From assembly GCA_019095985.1 (NCBI GenBank), contig CM032667.1, positions 53,754,001 through 53,816,000 of the forward strand: a DNA stretch of 62,000 nucleotides. The letters are read 5' to 3'. The notes beneath the pieces were generated by a model that ran no database searches, was not told where the DNA came from, and saw nothing but the letters and a program-made list of their open reading frames with translations. Below, one piece after another: positions 14,325-27,597 of the stretch. A program made the translations under genes and the position numbers. Position 1 is the stretch's first letter. Each line of letters opens with the position of its first letter. Source of the DNA: Streblospio benedicti. Its lineage: Eukaryota.

Positions 14325-16433
14325 CACAGACCTTAGAATGAACAGACTGGAAACTCGGCAAAAAGCATGTAACAAAGCCGTGTGCTGTTCTCCGTGTTAA
14401 CACTGTCATGCTGCTGTGCTCTGTTACAGCTGAGTATGCAATGCGTGACTCTGTTATCTCTCCTTTTATTGATTTCTAATTAGTGTACTACCACAGACCT
14501 TTCAATGATTCATTCTAAGGTCTGTGGTACTACATTTTCTTCTCATTTTTGATATGTTCACCACAACAAAATAACAGTTATTATCAACATCGTGTTTCAG
14601 CTGTCAAAATCATTGGTGATGGGAAGCTAATTTTGACTATTAAAGTTTAGTGATGAAATATCTAACTAAAATTTTGTAATTGGCATGGATAGAAACGCAT
14701 ACTTCTATAGATTATACATATATTAATAACATATTTTTGGGTGAGGTATGGATTGAAATATTAAGCAAAGTCTACTGGCATCTTTTTTTTGACAATGGCT
14801 GCTATGCATAAAGCCTAGACTAAACAGTACTAGCACACCATCGAAATAATGGCCATTTTGACTTTCAAAGTTTAGTACTAAAATGTTATACTAAATTTTT
14901 ATAATTGATATGCTTGGAAACGCATACATCCGTAGAGTATACATATATTAATAAAACATTTTTGGGTGAGATGTGGATTGATATATTAAGCAAAATCTAC
15001 TTGCAGTATCTTTACCAAACCCGCTTAGTGATGTTGTGGCTGTCAAATTGAACATCGAGAAGATGTACATTTTGATTATTATCAATAATGAAATATCGTA
15101 CAACTGTTTCATGATTGGTATGGTTGGAGACGCATATTTCTTCCAATTATACAGATATTAATAGAATATTTTTAGGTGGAGTATGGACTGGGATATTAAG
15201 CAAAGTCTACTAGCAGGTTTTTACAATGGCTGCCGTGCACACGGAAGTGTCATGTCGGAACATGTGAAAGGAGAGAAGCTGATCAAGAAAATTTATTACA
15301 GGACATCATATAATGCATTAAATTATGAAAGAATAAAGAGTTTGATAACAGACAGAGTGTGTACTTTCTTGTTTTCATGATATACATAATAATGTTATGA
15401 TAGGCAGCAAGATAGCATTTACATCTATTGTAGGTATTACAGTTGTTAAATCCAATTATCGAAATAATGCCCATATTTACCTTCAAAGTTTATTGATAAA
15501 AATGTGCTTCCAAATTTTTCTAATTCATATGATTGGAAACGCATACATCTATAGAATATATGTATAATAATAAAATATTTTTGAGTGAGGTGGAAAGGAG
15601 ATATTTAGCAAACTCTACTGACTGTTTTGTTTCCCCACTCGCGTTTTTTCTGTACGCGAAAATGCTAGATCTAGTGACGAATTAATGCTAGAAAATAAGC
15701 GCACAGACCTTAGAATGAAGATAATCTGTTATTACATAATAATCACGATGAAAATATAGGTAACATTAAAAAACAGCAATGGTAAATGACCATTTCCTAT
15801 TAAATGCATTGCAAACAGTACACGCAGAAAGCATTCTAACACGAGAACAGCACACGGCTTTTGTAGGATTTGAGCACGATTGAGCCTATCGTACACGGTG
15901 ATGATTGACACGAACGCAGTGAGTGTCAATCACACATCACCGTGCAAAATTCCTACGATAGACCCGACAATCGAGTGCTCAAACCATTCTATCATGACTA
16001 AAATGACTAAAAAATCCACACCAAATGAGTGTATGATTCGTTTTTATTTTAAAAATAAATCATATCATAACGTTCTCATTGCCATATAACATTCAACATT
16101 CAAGTCATTTTGAGCGCAAGTGAGACGTCAATTCCTCGCAGTTTTGAGCGCGCGGAGGAGTTAGTCTAATCTGTTGTACTCCGCACAGCATTAACACGCC
16201 TTTCATGGCCTTACTACTTACGTCAGCGGCTGTATTGATATTGTGAGGAGGTTGGACTAGGGCTGTGTTTTTTTTTTCGCAGTGCAGTCAATCGTATAAT
16301 TTAGCACGGAGATTGACCAATCAGCGTGGGTTATTGTGTGATTTTTGCACGGAATGATAGAATGTTACATTTTGCATATGAGTTGTGGAGCAGCAGCCGC
16401 AAGCTTTCCTGTCTGTTCATTCTAAGGTCTGTG
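14325..16433. mobile_element. Non-autonomous P-superfamily-like DNA transposon, ~2.1 kb, copy 1
   Basis: ~29-bp TIR CACAGACCTTAGAATGAACAGAC(T/A)GGAAA at both ends; 7-bp TSD ATATTAC (14318-14324, 16434-16440); empty site with a single ATATTAC at 33040-33046. No transposase ORF seen. Confidence 0.85.
14492..14526. mobile_element. 35-bp TIR-only remnant (probable P-type excision footprint) flanked by 7-bp TSD GTACTAC
   Basis: gtactac|CACAGACCTTTCAATGA-T-TCATTCTAAGGTCTGTG|gtactac. The same structure occurs at 23119-23154. Confidence 0.8.
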
Positions 16434-17781
16434 ATATTACACTGTGAATACAACCTTCAGAGCGTTGCTATAAGAGCCGGATGACCGGCCGGGATGACAG
16501 ATCAAGTGTGCAGCAGTTCATTATTCATCACACTGCAAATACACTTTCTTGAGAAATCAGCAAGAAACGACCAGAATATATCAGTTCAAGGTTGTGTTTG
16601 TTATATTTATTGGAATTTATGACCGAATTTGAGATACTTAATACATGTGCTACATGTACACTAATAGTACTACTGGGAGAGGGGTCAGTAAGCATTTCCA
16701 CCTATCTGACCCTCCACAAGCACCTCACACATCATCTTACCCAAATCTCCCTTCAAATTCCAAGTACTAATAACAAAACGTTATTTTGCGCTATATGAGG
16801 CCGTAATAAGCCGCCGCCTGTGACCTCCCTGACCCCACCTGCCCCTTCGGGTGACGGGTATGATTGAGCACGCGCTGGAGCACTCAGACCAGCTGTCGCC
16901 GACCCCCAAGATTATAAAGTATAAAACCTGTAAGTATGTGGGAATGTTGCATCATATATGATACAATGTACATGTATACTAATACATGTACGTTGCAAAA
17001 TTGGAGAATACTTATATGATTTTTAATTGGATTGTCGAGAGTTTATGGCTATTGAACGATAAAGGTCACCTAATAGACGTAAAGAGAATTGAGTATAATG
17101 TTTAATTAGATCATCTCTATAAGACAACCTCTATATATGTTCTTGTCATCCCGATCATTCACAATGACACCACAATAATGGCATTGTCACAAAAACAGTT
17201 TATATGTAGTACATGTATGTGGATGCACAAGTTTTGGTGTGTGTTCTTTTTGTGTAAGCGGGGCCCATGAAAACAAATGACAATATTTAGTGACATTTAT
17301 GTGAAAATACACGGCTGTAACATTAGTGATACACACGGAAAGCACTAAATAAGCACGAATTTGTTTTCTGGTGGATGAAAAAATATTACCATATCATCAT
17401 AACTTGTTCCGCTTGGTCCACGCACTTCCGTATAACTTAACTCGTCAATTACTGTTATACACCTACAGCGGTAAAAAGTTTTGAACCTCTTTTAGACGAA
17501 TGAGAATAGAGGTATTATACATTTTTAATCTGTCTAAGCAAACTTAATGAAGGAGAGATGTGTCCATATAATGTACACGTAAGTCAACAGTATTCTCACT
17601 AAACCCCCATGTCACACGTCACGTGATCACACACCACGTCCCTGCACCCCTCAAAGTTTTCCCCTTCAGCCATATAATACTCACAAGTCCCTGCCTCCTC
17701 AAGCCAAGCCTCCACCCCTCAGCCCTAATATAATATAATCTCACTATCCCCATGCCTTCTCTCAAGCCTCACCCCCCAAAA

Positions 17782-17812
<31 letters not shown>

Positions 17813-18721
17813 CATAAGCCCCACCCCTTACACTCTCACACCCTACCTCCTCTCAAGACAGCGGACCCACCCACCCACCCACCCACCCACCATATACTAC
17901 AAGACTCTACATTTCACAAACCGCCGCGATGTCTCAAGTTCATTCCCCCATTTCTTCTCATTATGACGACTGCTACGAACGAAAAAAAGTTCTGTTAATA
18001 ACAGAAGCTACGGCTTTCTTCTAACTTGTCTGAAGTAATACCATTCTGAGCCACTCCCCATGCTACAGTCAGACGTCCACTTACGGACCTGCGGATGCTT
18101 GCATAATGAAAATACTTAGTACGTAAATATTATGAAAATACGCAGCAAAGAGGTCCAAATCCCACCAGAAGATAAACTCACATCGGGAGATGGGTCGTCG
18201 TAAGACTGCGGATCTCAGGTTAGAGTTACGGATAGATACGGGATGCTTACATACTAAAAACCTGGATACATCACTGACATCTATCCTCAGCCGGCGCGAA
18301 TCAAGGAAGCCCGCCAGATGAAAACATTGCAACTTAACCATATAAATGCACGGTAAAAGGCGGTTTTTGACGACATTTGGGTATTTAAAGCTGCTGTGTT
18401 TTGTTAGAGGTTAATTAAAAAATTCATTGCATATGTATCATTGTATAACATACTGAACATTTTTCTTTAAATCAAATCGTTTGGTCATAGGTTAAATGTC
18501 TTAAATGCATGTCGAAAATCAATAGGATCTAGTCCCTGTATCAGCTGGTGAAAAAAAAAAACGGGCCTATCGCTGACGCACTATGAACAGCAAGGCAACG
18601 CTGCAACGCACCAGTACACAGCCTACACTTTTTGCAACAGTACAATACGCAGTACAACCGATTAATGGTATCTTTAGTATTAGACACAGACAACTTAAAA
18701 TTATAATATTTATATACAGTC

Positions 18722-18790
18722 ATGGCTATTGGAGGCAGTGGAGATTACGTTACCAAATTGAAGGAAAACCTGTCATGCCCAGTATGCTAG
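18722..18790 (+). pseudogene. Truncated RING exon 1 at the tandem-duplication breakpoint
   Basis: Identical to 27487 onward (MAIGGSGDYVTKLKENLSCPVC), then TAG and a jump into the (CAA/CAG)n tract that starts the next repeat unit. Confidence 0.75.
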
Positions 18791-18833
18791 GTGTCAACAA
18801 CAACAACAACAGCAGCAGCAAAAGGCGGCAGCA

Positions 18834-18868
<35 letters not shown>

Positions 18869-21836
18869 GTGTCATTGACAAGATAAAAATTGCGTTATTG
18901 ACAAAAAACAAAAAACACAAACGGGCCCGACATTCACAATTATCGTGCCGCCGCCCTCGTGAGGCTGCCGCCTCTGAGTACGCGGCGGCGCGTTTGAAGC
19001 GCTGATTAGATCGTGTCGGAGCCGAGGAGCGACCACCACGACGTGGGAATCTCGCGCAATCAGCGCCGAGCTGGTGATTTGACGGACGGAGATTGGGAGT
19101 GATTAGCGCGGGAGACGCTTGTGTAAACTATATGAAATTCGCAATTGAAAGAGGTTTGTGGAGATGAATGATCAGAAATGTTGGAGGGAGGTGTTAACAT
19201 CAAGGTGATTGTGACGACGTGCGGCGTTTCTTTATAGATGATCATTTGACAATGAGTGTGCATCGTTGGTACGTGTGATTAATGATGGAAATGGTGTGAC
19301 ACAAATATCGTGCTTGTAGCTGTGGCTAATTGAATATGTACTACTATTGTCGTACATTTTCAAGGTTGAAAATCATTTGGGATGAGCGCGGTGGCTACAT
19401 AGATTATGAGATTAAAATCTATAGACAATTTTTTTATGTACAATTGTCTTTCCTTACCACAGTTTATTAATAATTTATATGATTTTATTTTTTATTTCAC
19501 AAAAGCCACGTACATAATAGCCTACATAGAATAACATTAATCTATAGACAATGATAGGGCTTTGACATTAACCGTCTTCTATAAAACAGGCACTTATATG
19601 TTAAGAGCTTTGCGCAAAACAATCCATTACATAACGGCCTCTCAAAATAACCTCCCATTGCCCTGTTGACAGTATAAATATAGGCCAGCGTCAGGCGCGC
19701 ACAGCGGGCATCGGGAATCAGACCTGACAACAATCTCCATCCACCACTGATTCAATATGGCAGGTAAGTCAGAAACGGTATCTGTACATGCACAAAGACT
19801 GGAATGGAGATTGACTGATCTACAATGGCAGATCCACATTATATTATATCGTAAAAATATAACCAACAGTAAATTGTGGCTGCTCATAAATTACGGTAAC
19901 GTCAATTGCGACCGTGTCAACTCAAAATGGTCTGGCTTTGCCGAAATGGCTGCCGTAAAAATATTAAATTGTCACCACAACGGTCTCTGCCGCCATTCTC
20001 CTGAATGACAGGCCTCGTCAACGTTGGACTTCGGTGAGATCAGCGTGCCGAGCCGACGAATGGACGGGTAGACTACTACAGAGACGCGAACTTGAACCCC
20101 TGGTTTTCTCGTCATTTATCTCATATAGCTAGGCGTATGATACATGAAAACTGCATCTACTCTTCAAGCTTGTTCTATTGGTGTCAGTCACATCGCTCTA
20201 CATTGTACTCTTTCTGCTCAGCGCTGGACACACAATGAAGAGTGCCGATAGAGAATTGAAACAGTAGTGACGCGACGAACAATTACGTAACACGTTACTT
20301 ATATTTCAAAAAAGTGTTGAGCGTCTATTAATTACCTATTAGCATTGCCTGAAACATGGCAATTAACAATGGTGTTGGGAAAATTCATAGCAGCAAGAAC
20401 ATGCGTTATGGGCGAAGTCATAGTCTTCTACATTATGGCGTGGCATCACATATTATAGCCATATTCATAGCTGAGCCTCTTCTGAGTCTTGTCTGGGCTC
20501 ACAATTTATGGAAAACAGCTATGCTTTTTTCCAAGTCGTAGGACATTTGATGCTGCATTGCAACAAGCACCTCCTTGTTTAGAGCTGGGCAAACCCGCAG
20601 ACGGCATTTCCTCACTCTACGTTGATGACATCAACACTGCTTGGTGTGAGAATCATGACAAATATTTGTTCGTTTGTTTGTTTGTTTGTTTCTTTGTTTG
20701 TGTTGTCTGTTTGGTCTGGTTTTGCCATCCAAGGAAGTAGTAGTGAGGATTGTATTATGGGCTCTAGTTTTATAGCTTCCTCTGTATTCAGAATTGATGG
20801 GTGTTTTTTAGTGTATTATGGGCGATGTGTGTGGGGGGGATATAAGAAGTGTAATGTGGTGGAAGGGGCACAACAAGATATGGGATGTTGGGAAATGGAA
20901 AAGACCAACGGAAAGAGGGATGTGTGGTGTATTGCCTCCTTATACCCCCCACCCCTACCACCACCACCACCACCACCACCCAAAAAAAAGTGGGGGTGGG
21001 GGGGGGGCTGGGACCATTGCATTGGTGCGTCAATATGTTAATTTGGGCGAAGAAATAATATAATGCTTTGCTGTATATTATATGTGGATACAGTGTACGT
21101 ATGATACATTGAAATGTATCCACAGAACAAGGAACATTGCAATACATTAGAATTTGCATGCCCACATATAATGATGGCATACATCTAGGCTCGGTTCGCT
21201 GAACAAGTAGTTACTACGTCCACCAAAGGTCTCAAATGCCTGCTACCGACCAGCATTTATTGCCTTTATCCTTGGCAATGACCAGCAGTAATTCACTGTT
21301 TTCATTGTTTTCTTGTAAGAACATTAAGAAAAAAGCTTGGTATTTCAATATTCGCCTACATGTTGTTTTCCTCATACTATTTGTTCATTTTCACAAAAGT
21401 TTGAAAAATAGTCACAGAATTGATTATTTGTCCACAATCTCAGAGCCCACAATCTTGCAATATCCAAGAGTTTGCAAATTTGTAAATTATGCAATGTGGT
21501 TATGAGATAGAGAAGAAATAAACTGATCGTGGACCATCATGGCAATTGTCTCTACGAAACAATACTCTCAATATAAGCAATGTACAGAAAAGTAATATGT
21601 TTGAAATTATAAACACAAACAAGAACGAGATTCACTGTTGATTACAAAGCTTAAAGGCCTGCATCCCTTTCTCCCCAAATATGACCTCTCAATCAATTCA
21701 CTATTTCTCACACTACATTTGACATTCACAAATATAATGTACAAATCTCAAAGAACCGGTTTTTCATATCTCCTGTATATATCAGCTATAATTTAAAAAG
21801 AAAACTGGATCTGCTACTAATACATTCTCTACTCAC

Positions 21837-22006
21837 CGTGTGCCGCGCCCGCGCCTGGCGTGTTCGGGGTGGCGGGGGGGCGGCGCGGGGCGGCGGCGGC
21901 GGTACGCCCACCACCCCCGCCATGGCGGCCAGCGTAGCAGCACGGCGGCCGCCACCGCGCACCCTGTCACCACGGACACCACGCGCCGCTCGCCGGAACT
22001 GTGAAC
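21837..22006 (-). CDS. Transmembrane exon, copy 2 (small indels shift the frame)
   Basis: Homologous to 13217-13388 with the same splice sites. Indels in GC runs break the frame (sequencing error or decay). Confidence 0.5.
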
Positions 22007-22948
22007 CTGCAAACAGAGGGCGGGGTTTAGATAGAGGGAAACAGTTATTAAGGCCACCGCTCTAAAGTGGCCACCTCTTTAATGAGAGAACGGTGTTCAC
22101 GGTCCCCAGCTGTATGTAGAAACCACTTCTAATCACGACCAATTGAGCCAAGTCCCGAGGGTGTTCGTATTATTCTAATGTATGGTCAAACTGTACTAAG
22201 ATCTACACACACCTGCATGGCACGAAGCTTTAAAAAGAACAGCATTTGGAGCTAGGTGTGGGGTTTTGAAATATCAATCTTAAATCATAAAGATTTTATT
22301 ACAACGTACAAACATGTTATTTTAATGATACCCCATCTTAAGCCTCCCGCACAAGTGGCTTACATTCAATCCCGTGAAAATATGGCGTCGACGCGGTTGA
22401 CTACAGGCTGTTTCAAATGTACTATATGAGCATATTATGTGGCTGCATATGCGCATGATGATAAAAATATTGAAACATTCTATAGAATCTACGAAACACT
22501 CGAGGCCTATAATGATGTCTGCCAGGAACCATTGTACACACAATCAAACTAGCCTTGAAAAATTGGGTAGGCCTTGTGCTGTCTTTAGGGCTCATAATAT
22601 GCTTGATGCATAGTATTTTGAACGTCTATTAATTTACGGGTGTGTGGGGTAGGACTACGTTGATAAGATTCGATCACTTTTGAGAGTTCAGTGCCTCCTT
22701 GTCTGAGGAAGAGATAAGTTGTAGTCAACTCCTAAATTCATTCCTTACCCATGGCAACATTGGATGTCTATGACATAATAACCAGACAACTTATCAGCTG
22801 TCAAACGACATAAACAGTCACGTAAGAACTTCCATATAGATAGGGATTCCACATTTAGCAATCGTCTCTTGGAGCTCACAATTTATGACCAGTGCATACA
22901 TGTCCCCAATGTGGTCTAAAAAGAGGTTCTCCTGTATTACGATATTAC

Positions 22949-25154
22949 CACAGACCTTAGAATGAACAGACTGGAAACTCGGCAAAAAGCATGTAACAAG
23001 CCGTGTTGCTGTTTTCTCCGTGTTAACACTGTCATGCTGCTGTGCTCTGTTACAGCTGAGTATGCAATGCACGTGACTCTGTTATCTCTCCTTTTATTGA
23101 TTTCTAATGGTGTACTACCACAGACCTTTTCAATGATTCATTCTAAGGTCTGTGGTACTACATTTTATTCTCATTTTTGATATGTTCACCACAGCAAAAT
23201 AACAGTTATTATCAACATCGTGTTTCAGCTTTCGTCAAAATCATTGGTGATGGGGAAGCTAATTTTGACTATGATGAAATATCTAACTACAATTTTGTAA
23301 TTGGCATGGATAGAAACGCATACTTCTATAGATTATACATATATTAATAACATATTTTTTGGGTGAGGTATGGATTGAAATATTAAGCAAGTCTACTGGC
23401 ATCTTTTTTTTTTTCAAAGTTTAGTACAAATCCGCGTTTTGACAATGAGCAGCCTTGACTAAACGAAGGGCCCCAAGAACGAGCCCAATAAAAAAATCAA
23501 TGTTAACCAACGAACCCGGTTTTGTATTTATCAGTCTTTTCTAAACAATTACAATATTGTTGAAAAATAAACTGGTATATATTCAACACATTTAACAAGG
23601 TAATTTATTAATAAATTACAAAATGCAATAATGTGTAGGAATACACTGCATAATCATAACAGAACACGGCGCAGTCACTGCTAGACATATAGACGCCTAT
23701 GGTCGGATTTCTGCACTACAGTTACGTGGGACGTATGACTACTACTAACGCTGTTCTGTGCATCTCTTTGATGTTCATTGATTTTGGAGCTTTTCTTAGT
23801 AGTTTAATAAAATCAATAGAGGTTTCCTAGAAGTAGTAGGTTAGTGCTAGATTCATGAACATATTTGAAGTTAAGGCAAAAGTGAGTCCTTGACAAATTG
23901 AACAACCATATTATGGCTATCCGTTTCATGATGGTTGGTGTCATATCGGATATTTTTACACGGCAGTTCTGGAGGAAAGGAGAGAAGCTGATCAAGAAAA
24001 TTTATTACAGGACATCATATAATGCATTAAATTATGAAAGAATAAAGAGTTTGATAACAGACAGAGTGTACTTTCTTGTTTTCATGATATACATAATAAT
24101 GTTATGATAGGCAGCAAGATAGCATTTACATCTATTGTAGGTATTACAGTTGTTAAATCCACCATCGAAATAATGCCCATATTTACCTTCAAAGTTTATT
24201 GATAAAAATGTGCTTCCAAATTTTTCTAATTCATATGATTGGAAACGCATACATCTATAGAATATATGTATAATAATAAAATATTTTTGAGTGAGGTATG
24301 GAAGGAGATATTTAGCAAACTCTACTGACTGTTTTGCTTCCCCACTCGCGTTTTTCTGTACGCGAAAATGCTAGATCTAGTGACGAATTAATGCTAGAAA
24401 ATAAGCGCACAGACCTTAGAATGAAGATAATCTGTTATTACATAATAATCACGATGAAAAATATAGGTAACATTAAAAAAACAGCAATGGTAAATGACCA
24501 TTTCCCCCTATTAAATGCATTGCAAACAGTACACGCAGAGCATTCTAACACGGAGAACAGCACACGGCTTTGTAGGATTTGAGCACGAGATTGGAGGGTC
24601 TATCGTAGAATTTTGCACGGTGATGTGTGATTGAATGAACGCAGTGAGTGTCAATCAACATCACCGCAAAATTCTACGATAGACCCGACAATCGAGTGCT
24701 CAAAAACCATTCTATCATGACTAAAATGACTAAAATCCACACCAAATGAGTGTATGATTCGTTTTTATTTTTAAAATAAATCATATCATAACGTTCTCAT
24801 TGCCATATAACATTCAACATTCAAGTCATTTTGAGCGCGCGGAGACGTCAATTCCCGCAGTTTTTGAGCGCGCGGAGGAGTTAGTCTAATCTGTTGTACT
24901 CCGCACAGCATTAACACGCCTTCATGGCCTTACTTACGTCAGCGGCTGTATTGATATTGTGAGGAGGTTAGACTAGCGCTGTGTTTTTTTTTCGCAGCGT
25001 GCAGTCAATCGTATAATTTAGCACGGAGATTGACCAATCAGCGTGGGTTATTGGCGGTGATTTTTGCACGGAATGATAGAATGTTACATTTTGCAGCTAT
25101 GAGTTGTATAGCAGCAGCCGCAAGCTTTCCTGTCTGTTCATTCTAAGGTCTGTG
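22949..25154. mobile_element. Same P-like element, copy 2, with a different internal segment at ~23430-23975
   Basis: Same TIRs and ATATTAC TSD (22942-22948, 25155-25161). Confidence 0.85.
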
Positions 25155-26523
25155 ATATTACACTGTGAACATTAACCTTCAGAGCGTTGCTATAAGAGCC
25201 GGGATGACCGGGCCGGGATGACAGTATCAAGTGTGCAGCGTTCATTATTCATCACACTGCAATATACACTTTCTTGAGAAATCAGCAAGAAACGACCAGA
25301 ATATATCAGTTCAAGGTTGTGTTTGTTATATTTATTGGAATTTATGACCGAATTTGAGATACTTAATACATGTGCTACATGTACACTAATAGTACCACTG
25401 GGAGAGGGGTCAGTAAGCATTTCCACCTATCTGACCCTCCACAAGCACCTCACACATCATCTTACCCAAATCTCCCCTTCAAATTCCAAGTACTAATAAC
25501 AAACGTTATTTTGCGCTATATGAGGCCGTAATAAGCCGCCGCCTGTGACCTCCCTGACCCCACCTGCCCCCGGGTGACGGGTATGATTGAGCACGCGCGC
25601 TGAGTAACTCAGACTCAGCTGCCGCCGACCCCAAGATTATAAAGTATAAACCTGTAAGTATGTGGGAATGTTGCATCATATGATACAATGTACATGTATA
25701 CTAATACATGTACGTTGCAAATTTGAGAATACTTATATGATTTTTAATTGGATTGTCGAGAGTTTATGGCTATTGAACGTGATAAAGGTCACCTAATAGA
25801 CGTAAAGAGAATTGAGTATAATGTTTAATTAGATCATCTCTATAAGACAACCTCTATATATGTTCTTGTCATCCCGATCATTCACAATGACACCACAATA
25901 ATGGCATTGTCACAAAAAACAGCTTATGTGTAGTACATGTATGTGGGATGCACAAGTTTTGGTGTGTGTTCTTTTGTGTAAGCGGGGCTCCATGAAAACA
26001 AAATGACAATATTTAGTGACATTTATGTGAAAAATACACGGCTGTAACATTAGTGATACACACGGAAAGCACTAAATAAGCACGAATTTGTTTTCTGGTG
26101 GATGAAAAAAAAATATTACCATATCATCATAACTTGTTCCGCTTGGTCCACGCACTTCCCGTATAACTTAACTCGTCAATTACTGTTATACACCTACAGA
26201 GCGGTAAAAAAGTTTTGAACCTCTTTTAGGACGAATGAGAATAGAGGTATTATACATTTTAATCTGTCTAAGCAAACTTAAATGAAGGAGATGTGTCCAT
26301 ATAATGTACACGTAAGTCAACAGTATTCTCAATTAAACCCCCGCGTCACACGTCACGTGATCACACACCACGTCCCCTGCACCCCTCAAAGTTTTCCCTT
26401 CAGCCATATAATACTCACAAGTCCCTGCCTCCTCTCAAGCCAAGCCTCCACCCCTCAGCCCTAATATAATATAATCTCACTATCCCCATGCCTTCTCTCA
26501 AGCTCTCACCCCCCAAAAAAAAA

Positions 26524-26554
<31 letters not shown>

Positions 26555-27486
26555 CACACATAAGCCCCCACCCCTTACACTCTCACACTCCTACCTCCTC
26601 TCAAGACAGCACCCACCCACCCACCCACCCACCCACCCATATACTCACAAGACCCCTCTCCCCCATACTCTCACAAACCGCCGCGATGTCTCAAGTTCAT
26701 TCCCCCATTTCTTCTCATTATGACGACTGCTACGAACGAAAAAAAAGTTCTGTTACTAACAGAAGTTACGGCTTTCTTCTAACTTGTCTGAAGTAATAAT
26801 TATTCTGGTTTTCACCCTTATGCTACAGTCAGACGTCCACTTACGGACCTGCGGATGCTTGCATAATGAAAATACTTAGTACGTAAATATTATGAAAATA
26901 CGCAGCAAAGAGGTCCAAAATCCCACCTGTGAAGATAAACTCACATCGGGAGATGGGTCGTCGTAAGACTGCGGATCCTGCGGTTAGAGTTACGGATAGA
27001 TACGGATGCTTACATACTAAAACCTGGATACATCACTGACATCTATCCTCAAGCCGGCGCGAATCAAGGAAGCCCGCCAGATGAAAACATTGCAACTTAA
27101 CCATATAAATGCACGGTAAAGTGGCGGTTTTTGACGTGACATTTGGGTATTTAAAGCTGCTGTGTTTTGTTAGAGGTTAATTAAAATTCATTGCACATGT
27201 ATCATTGTATAACATACTGAACATTTTTCTTTAAATCAAATCGTCGGTCATAGGTTAAATGTCTTAAAATGCATGTCGAAAAAACAGTAGATCTAGTCCC
27301 TGTATCAGCTGGTGAAAAAAAACGGGCCTATCGCTGACGCACTATGAACAGCAAGGCAACGCTGCAACGCACCAGTACACAGTCACACTTTTTGCAACAG
27401 TACACAATACGCAGTACAAACCGATTAATGGTATCTTTAGTATTAGACACACAGACAACTTAAAATTATAATATTTATATACAGTC

Positions 27487-27589
27487 ATGGCTATTGGAGG
27501 CAGTGGAGATTACGTTACCAAATTGAAGGAAAACCTGTCATGCCCAGTATGCTACGAAGTGTTTACTAGCAAAGAAAGGATACCTAAGG
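27487..27589 (+). CDS. RING-MATH protein, coding exon 1 (N-terminal half of C3HC4 RING finger)
   Basis: ATG at 27487 follows an acceptor-like 'ttatatacag|tc', implying an upstream UTR exon. It reads MAIGGSGDYVTKLKENLSCPVCYEVFTSKERIPK-G and ends at a donor G|gtaaga (27590). The phase-1 junction matches the exon at 29701 (G+GT=Gly, giving ...IPKGLPCYH...). Confidence 0.88.
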
Positions 27590-27597
27590 GTAAGATC

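Larger units (their letters stand above)
10140..18790 (+). repeat. ~8.7-kb tandem segmental duplication, unit 1
   Basis: Collinear high identity with 18795-27555; both units begin in a (CAA)n(CAG)n tract. Confidence 0.92.
18795..27555 (+). repeat. ~8.7-kb tandem segmental duplication, unit 2
   Basis: Collinear with 10140-18790 and continues into the intact RING exon. Confidence 0.92.

Noticed and set aside
18583..19005. 140-aa polyQ-containing ORF
   Set aside because: Chance frame across the duplication junction and CAG tract; the real RING exon is in another frame.
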